DNA from: Amoeboaphelidium occidentale
Lineage: Eukaryota
Assembly: GCA_023515795.1 (NCBI GenBank)
Contig: JALGPX010000008.1
Span: forward strand, 124,001 to 188,000
DNA length: 64,000 nt
Reading direction: 5' to 3'
The position numbers were made by a program, and so were the translations under genes. The notes beneath the pieces are model-generated. The model was not told the origin of the DNA. It did not search any database and saw only the letters and a program-made list of their open reading frames with translations. Shown piece by piece: positions 58,121 through 64,000 of this stretch. Every line of letters starts with the position of its first letter. The stretch's first letter is position 1.

Positions 58121-58262
58121 GTTGCAGTTGGAACATGATTAGCTATTGACGAAGGAATAAAAAATAAGTTGCAAAGTTTTTCAATGCTTTGGCGAAGGAA
58201 CCTGACGGCGAATCTGGCAGAATGCCTCCAAAAAAAGAAATCTTGCGGAATCAACCGCAAGT

Positions 58263-58271
58263 AAAAAAGAA
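58263..58271 (-). terminator. Pol III terminator (T-run) of tRNA-Arg
   Basis: TTCTTTTTT immediately 3' of the discriminator base on the minus strand. Confidence 0.8.
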
Positions 58272-58358
58272 CGATCACACCAGGGCTCGAACCTGGGACC
58301 TCCCGCTGACTTGCTGTACGCTCGTAGGCGGATGCTCTTCCAACTGAGCCATGTGACC
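58272..58358 (-). tRNA. tRNA-Arg(ACG) with a 14-nt intron at 37/38
   Basis: Minus strand: GGTCACA/TGTGATC acceptor, GCTC/GAGC D arm, TCCGC-CTACGA[GCGTACAGCAAGTC]A-GCGGG anticodon arm, CCAGG-TTCGAGC-CCTGG T arm. Confidence 0.93.
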
Positions 58359-58432
58359 TTGATGAAAACTTAGTTTTTGCGTCAAACAACAACGCGTACT
58401 TTATTGAAAATTTCCAAGTCAACTTCAAACCT

Positions 58433-59908
58433 TTAAGAGTTGAGCATTTCACAAATATCTCTGAGTGGATTCTGCTGTGTATTATGATCAATTAGCTTTC
58501 CTAAGTTTGTCTGCTTTAAATCTTCCAATGGCATTTGTCGCCAAGAGAGAAATTTTTTGTACAAGTCTTCACTCGATGCGATAAGATTCAAGTACTTCGC
58601 TAGGTCTTGAGGTGAATCAAAATCAGAAGTCTTTACCAGAGAGGAGTTGGATGGAGCAAAATCATACACGTTAGGTGCACCCATGTAAACTGGTACGGTC
58701 CCGGCCATAAAGGGATCGTAAAGCTTTTCTGTCACGTACGAGTAACAATTAGAATTCTCAAACGCAAGAACAAATTTGTAATTAGATATTAATTTAAGCT
58801 TCTCAGTTCGCCATTCTTTTAAACGACTATCTTTGTGTCTTATACTCGAACTTGAATTCATGGGGATACAAGCACCTAGTGAATCAATGTCCATAAACTT
58901 GGAAAGCTTCTTCACCAGCTGATCTCTGCCATTGGCCGCATTACAATGAGAAGCCAAATAGACTGCCATTTTCTTCTTCGCAAAAGGGACTTCCTTTGTT
59001 GAAACTAAAGATTTAACTGAAGATGGCACATAAGCATTGATTTGGGTCTGGTAAAATCTGGTATCGTGACCCCAGGAGTAATCGAAATGCTCAAGGAAAT
59101 CAGGATCTTCAGAGAGCGGATAGTATGTTGCACTCTCTCCTGCAGCGAACACAGCCCAAAGCTGATCATTCTTTGTCCTTATTGCAGGCTTCACAATCTG
59201 GTATAGGTCTTCAACAATGTAATTATCCAACAAGTCTTTGAAGCTGAACGCATTTACGACTACTGCTGAAGCTTTAGTTATATCAAGTAGATTCTTTGAT
59301 ACATCACAAGGGCCTATTTGATTAGCTGAGCTGGGCCTGGTCTCTTCCCCCAAAAGATTTCTAAACACGTAACATGGTAATCTTCCTTTGGAATCGCATA
59401 ATCCAAGTGATATTTTCTCCCTAGAGCAAATAATTCTTGCCCATTCAGGGATCGGAAAATTGCAGTAGCCAATGGTCTTGTTGGTCTTTGATGCTCGATC
59501 CTTCAACCTCTTGAAACGGGATGCCATTTTAGCAATGAGCATCGGATGGCTTCCAAAGTCAGAGAGATCAAGTATCAGTTTTCTTTTTGCATTGCTTAAG
59601 CCTCTTGGCGGCTCTTTACCCCAATTCCGTTGGACTTTGAAGATGTCATATGTGTCTCGGTTCTTCTTATTGCAAAACGAAGTGTTCCAGCCCTCAGACA
59701 TACGAATATTATTCCATTTATCTTCGTATTCTTGGCGCACACTTGCAGCAGATTTATGATCATGATCATGATTTTGAGGCCCTTCCATTTCTTTGAGCAT
59801 CATAAAAGTGCCTGTCAGACTGATTAGACTCAAAGCCAACATCAAAACGCTTGTACTCCGCACAGAACAGCGTCTGACGGCATTGTACTTGAATGATACG
59901 ACAGTCAT
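58433..59908 (-). CDS. GT10 alpha-1,3/4-fucosyltransferase (type II membrane protein)
   Basis: YKFVLAFENSNCYSYVTEKL...AGTVPVYMGAPN, SHCNAANGRD and IDSLGAC; N-terminal TM segment. Confidence 0.9.
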   Translation of the reverse strand: MTVVSFKYNAVRRCSVRSTSVLMLALSLISLTGTFMMLKEMEGPQNHDHDHKSAASVRQEYEDKWNNIRMSEGWNTSFCNKKNRDTYDIFKVQRNWGKEPPRGLSNAKRKLILDLSDFGSHPMLIAKMASRFKRLKDRASKTNKTIGYCNFPIPEWARIICSREKISLGLCDSKGRLPCYVFRNLLGEETRPSSANQIGPCDVSKNLLDITKASAVVVNAFSFKDLLDNYIVEDLYQIVKPAIRTKNDQLWAVFAAGESATYYPLSEDPDFLEHFDYSWGHDTRFYQTQINAYVPSSVKSLVSTKEVPFAKKKMAVYLASHCNAANGRDQLVKKLSKFMDIDSLGACIPMNSSSSIRHKDSRLKEWRTEKLKLISNYKFVLAFENSNCYSYVTEKLYDPFMAGTVPVYMGAPNVYDFAPSNSSLVKTSDFDSPQDLAKYLNLIASSEDLYKKFLSWRQMPLEDLKQTNLGKLIDHNTQQNPLRDICEMLNS

Positions 59909-59976
59909 CACTAGTTATTCACTGAGTCGACTATTGTGGATGAAAAAGTTAATTGAAGTTGCTTGAAGTTACCGGG

Positions 59977-60052
59977 TTGCTATGGTAAATTTCTGACTGA
60001 TGTATACAGAGTCTAGACCCCACTGTCATCAGTGATATTTACCATCACGCAA
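59977..60052. other. Imperfect inverted repeat (hairpin) in a divergent intergenic region
   Basis: Nested stems ATGGTAAAT/ATTTACCAT, ACTGATG/CATCAGT, ACAG/CTGT and TTGC/GCAA. Confidence 0.6.
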
Positions 60053-60128
60053 ATATAGTTTCAGGGGATAAGATCGACACTTGAAGCACCAAATCTAATC
60101 GGAATTCACATCGTCCATCTTTCTAACT

Positions 60129-61283
60129 ATGGAGCGCGGTCATAGTGTGGCAATTATCAAAGACCTCTTAGCTATTATGAGGTCGAACGATAAATATGCA
60201 GTCTATCGAGCAAAAGAAGAGATTCTTCAGCAATTCTTTGGAGAACACGAAGACGATGATGAAGAGCAAATAGAGCATAGCCACGCTTTGGCACGCGCCA
60301 CAATCATTCTGGGTTTCGGTCAGGCATATCTCGCTGCATCGGATGAAGAAGGTATGAAGGAAAAGGAGCTATTTGGTCTTTTGGAGCTTGTTTACCAACT
60401 GATTAAGTGCAAGTATGTTCATGGTTGCTGTGATGCTCTTGGTTTGTTGCAAGAATGTGCTCATGAGATCGGTTACCTTGTTCAAACGCTCTTGCTAGAG
60501 ACTTCAAGGAAGTTACGTGGCGTCAAATATCAGTTTGGAAGGGTTTTGAATGCACTTCTAAAAGTTGTACTGCGTGATCATCAAATAGCTTCAAGACTTG
60601 GCGTTTCAATTGAAGAATACAAAGAAACACCTGCTATTTTGATGTCTATTGGTCTCTTTGATATTCTTAAAGCCGTTGCCGTGACAGAAGGCGACAAAAT
60701 GGCTAAGCGGGCTGAGATTGCGCTGAATTTGATGACCTTGCTAAAGTATTATTACAAATCTGCACATATTTGCACATTATTATCTTACAATACATTGTTA
60801 TCAGACTATGATACGACCCATTTAAGCTCTGATGAATGTGATGATCTAGTTTACAAAGGGTACATGGTGTTGATCAAGGAAACTATCTCTCCAGATATTA
60901 GTAGCACTTCACACGTTGTACAGATCTCTAGATATCTTATTAATATCGATGATACTCTTTTAAGAACGTATTGGTTACTGGTTACAGAGGCTATCAATGA
61001 AAGCAAAGTTGTTTCTGCGATAAGCATCCGAAACTTGATTTTTGCCTTGCATGAAGGTGCAAGCCTAACTCTAATAGCCGGAGATTTGTTCAGGGGAGAC
61101 AAAGGAAAAGGGAATTTCGCGTATACTATCGAGCTATGGTTACAGGCTTTAGGGAATGATACAACATTACTTGACTCTAAGCTAAAGCAAGTAATCAGGG
61201 ACTTATATCTTGGATTAATCTCAGACGAGTTCTTGGAGAACTATTCAGATTTGATAGAAGCATTTAAACACATTCTGCAATAG
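60129..61283 (+). CDS. Hypothetical, probably all-helical protein (384 aa)
   Basis: Long ATG-initiated Leu/Ile-rich ORF; no family recognised. Confidence 0.75.
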   Translation: MERGHSVAIIKDLLAIMRSNDKYAVYRAKEEILQQFFGEHEDDDEEQIEHSHALARATIILGFGQAYLAASDEEGMKEKELFGLLELVYQLIKCKYVHGCCDALGLLQECAHEIGYLVQTLLLETSRKLRGVKYQFGRVLNALLKVVLRDHQIASRLGVSIEEYKETPAILMSIGLFDILKAVAVTEGDKMAKRAEIALNLMTLLKYYYKSAHICTLLSYNTLLSDYDTTHLSSDECDDLVYKGYMVLIKETISPDISSTSHVVQISRYLINIDDTLLRTYWLLVTEAINESKVVSAISIRNLIFALHEGASLTLIAGDLFRGDKGKGNFAYTIELWLQALGNDTTLLDSKLKQVIRDLYLGLISDEFLENYSDLIEAFKHILQ

Positions 61284-61292
61284 ATAAACGAT

Positions 61293-63974
61293 TTATGGAC
61301 GACATAATCCACTTTCCTGAATAACTTGACTGAGAGATTTGACTACCGCTGATCCACCATTTGCTTCCTTCATACCATCCAAATTCTGTACGAATTCTTT
61401 CAATTGCGTCTAAAGTGGTTACGAAAATGAAGTGGAACGTACCTTATATGGCCCATCGTACAAAGAATTTAAATCATTGAGTGCTTTCAACCATTCCATA
61501 TCAGACTCAACTGATGAATCCCAATTAGGTCTAGTAGGTGACAATAAACTTGATACACTGCCACCGCGAACAATCCCGCCCTTCTTTAAAGATATTTTGA
61601 GAGTATTCAAATACTGTTCAATTGTGTCCAGAAGTACATAAAAGCTAAGTATGACCTCTTTTGGAGTCGTTCCTTTGGCACTCCCAGATGGAGACACTAA
61701 CTGACCAATTTGGTTCATATAAGAATTGAAATAAAAATCAACGATAGAATCAAAATCATGTCGATGTCCTTGAGTATCTTCTTCTTCTCGATTGAAAAAA
61801 CTAATTAAGGAATCGAAACAAGAATCGAAGAATAACTGAAAGTGACTGAATATAGCATTCAATAAACAAGTTTGAAACTCAAACAGCACATAACCAGTCC
61901 TCCTCCATCCCAATTTAACCTTTGTATTTGTCGTATTATTCATTTTTTGTTGAATGCTCAAGGCTCTTTGAAGTTCACCAGCATTGCAAGATAAGCGCCT
62001 AATTCTGAACAAGAGTACAAATACTTTCTCGTAGACCTCAACTGTTGTGTCATTCAAAAACACTTTAATAAGATCATCTTCCCTGCTATTTGATGAAGAC
62101 TCTGAACTTGTAGTTTTATAATCGATCATAAGATTGCTCCAAGGAGAATCGGCGTCATTACCCAATAATCGCACATCAAGTCGCTGCTTAACACTGACAT
62201 CATCAAATTTCGCAACAGACTTATCCACACAATCATCTAAAGCATTGACCAGCAAATGTCTGTAGACTGCAACGCCGCCGTCCCAACCAGATTGACTGGA
62301 TGTCGTGAAAAGTGAATCGAACTCTTTTAGAATATTGAGATAGAAGTCTCCCTTTCCCATAAGATAATAATCTTTCATGGCCTTTAAATGCAACACAAGA
62401 TTTGATCTTCCCAGATAATCGATCATACATTTGTTCACGTGATGATACTTGCTATTTATCAGTTCGACTGTAATTTTGTCGCCCATCGGTAAAGTGTATT
62501 GAGGAGCTTTATCAACATACTTAAGGTAATTCAGCGTTTTCCCAATGACATATACTCTTCTTAGTAATTCAGGAGTCAGAGAAAAGCTAACGTCAATCTT
62601 CTTGAGAAAGTAAGTATCCCACATGTTGATATTAACTCCAGTAGATTTACTTATAATGAACTCGTCATACGGATCTTCAAGCGAGCCACGTTCCATCCAT
62701 GCTTTTAAAAACTCATAAAAAGGCTTCACACACATTTCCCAAAGCCTTGGAAGGACATCAGAGTCTTCATCGGATTTGCAACTATAAATACGGTTTAGAA
62801 GTTCGATACCATTTAAATCTTTAGAGGCGGCTATGGTTAAGACTTTCTTAACACACAATATCCGTTTGAGCTGTTGCCGTGTTAAATGCAAGACTCTAAT
62901 CATTGAGATGTGCTGATCTGACGACACCATTTGAGACAAAGAGTCAATAAAGCGCAGATACTCCATATCCTCACTCTTTGCAGCGTCAAATAAACACTTT
63001 CTTACTAAAGAGCTAGAGTTATCCGTTTCCAATAAACGTTTGAATTCCATGTATTCATTCGGTAATCTGATCATCTCTTTGAGTAAATTGATAATACTTA
63101 AAGACAAGGAAGTATTTGCATAATTCACTTCATAAGAACCATCTTTCTTTCTGGCCAGAATAGGTTGCGAATTCTGATCCTTTATAACATTAGCAGAGGA
63201 GGATGAAACGTCTAGCGATTGACAACTATAAACAAACTCCCTCACAATGCGCCGATTCAAATCTTTACGGACGTGGCCCAAAACATTGTTGTTACCACCG
63301 GAAGAATTCTTTCGCTCTTTCTCGTCGACCACAAAGTCGCCACTGGGTGCGTTAGACAGCGGCTTTTGAAACAGCGCAGAGGAAGACGATGAAACGCTAT
63401 TAATCCCAGCCAAAAGTAACAAACTGCCGCCAGCGCTAGCACCGCCCATATCATCTGCGTTCGACCCTTTACCAATAGAATCCATCAAAGCCAATAGAAA
63501 CCGCAACACATTTGCGTACAAATCCGTCGAGCTTTTAGAGCAAATTTGTAGCTTCTTCAAAAGATACCCAAACAGCACAGCCTTCTTCGTACCTTCTTCC
63601 TCTGTTGTATTCCTGGACTGCACCAGCTTCTTTTTGATCATCTCTGTAACAGAATATTCATCCAAAGCAACGCTGTTTACAGTATAAATGCGACTATTAA
63701 GAATTCTGTTCAAATAAGAGCTTAGAAGAACTATTTGCTTTCGCTTATCCTCGGAACCAGATGGGACAGAATGTCTTATCAACTGAATCAGCAAGGCATT
63801 CTGTGTGTAGCCAACGGTCGCTGTAGTGCGCACAGATGTGTTTAGCGATTCTGTTTCAGCGAACAGGGAAGGAACTCCAGAGCTAAAGTTCGAAGCGCCC
63901 TGCTTTACATTCGGCAAAATGCCGCTGCTGCTGTTCGCATTAAAAGTATTTTCCTTGAACGATGTCGAAAGCAT
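61293..63974 (-). CDS. SPC98: Gamma-tubulin complex component GCP3/Spc98; intron 61410-61442
   Basis: WMERGSLEDPYDEF, IGKTLNYL, HLKAMKDYYLMGKGDF and RLDVRLL; the final exon is in frame. Confidence 0.82.
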
Positions 63975-64000
63975 TCTGCTATAGTTTTTGTTGTCTCCGT

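Noticed and set aside
58310..58332. Amber-suppressor (CTA) reading of the tRNA, implying stop-codon reassignment
   Set aside because: Stem geometry places C32-T33 before ACG, so the anticodon is ACG. TAA and TAG end conserved proteins at expected positions, and internal stops are explained by introns, so the code looks standard.

Overview
This window is eukaryotic, not prokaryotic. It is a very compact genome with about 35 protein genes in 64 kb, 29 short GT-AG introns reconstructed by eye (32-71 nt), start-to-start spacers down to 16 bp, and one intron-containing tRNA-Arg(ACG). Fungal-type genes are present: an ENA P2D ATPase, FOX2 with two dehydrogenase domains and SKL, HAP5/NF-YC, and an NDUFC2-like subunit. 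It also carries genes generally known from animals or protists and missing in yeasts: SMPD4, INTS9, HPS1, YEATS2 and a GT10 fucosyltransferase. I infer an early-diverging fungus or fungal relative (aphelid, rozellid or chytrid grade) using the standard code. Eight N-gaps are each flanked by near-identical duplicated sequence with SNPs, most likely unmerged haplotypes rather than real repeats. The best novelty candidate is 10447-11631(-). It encodes a long disordered protein with an N-terminal IxxLLN motif like the Tup1-binding motif of MATalpha2, fused to a truncated XerC/D-like tyrosine-recombinase domain lacking its catalytic residues; it may be a domesticated integrase acting as a transcriptional repressor. 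Other leads are a CBM2-like type I membrane protein, an atypical large adenylate kinase, REC114, three spliced genes missed by the ORF track, an intergenic hairpin, and in-frame stops in every 3n-length intron found. All family calls come from motif recognition by eye; no searches were run.
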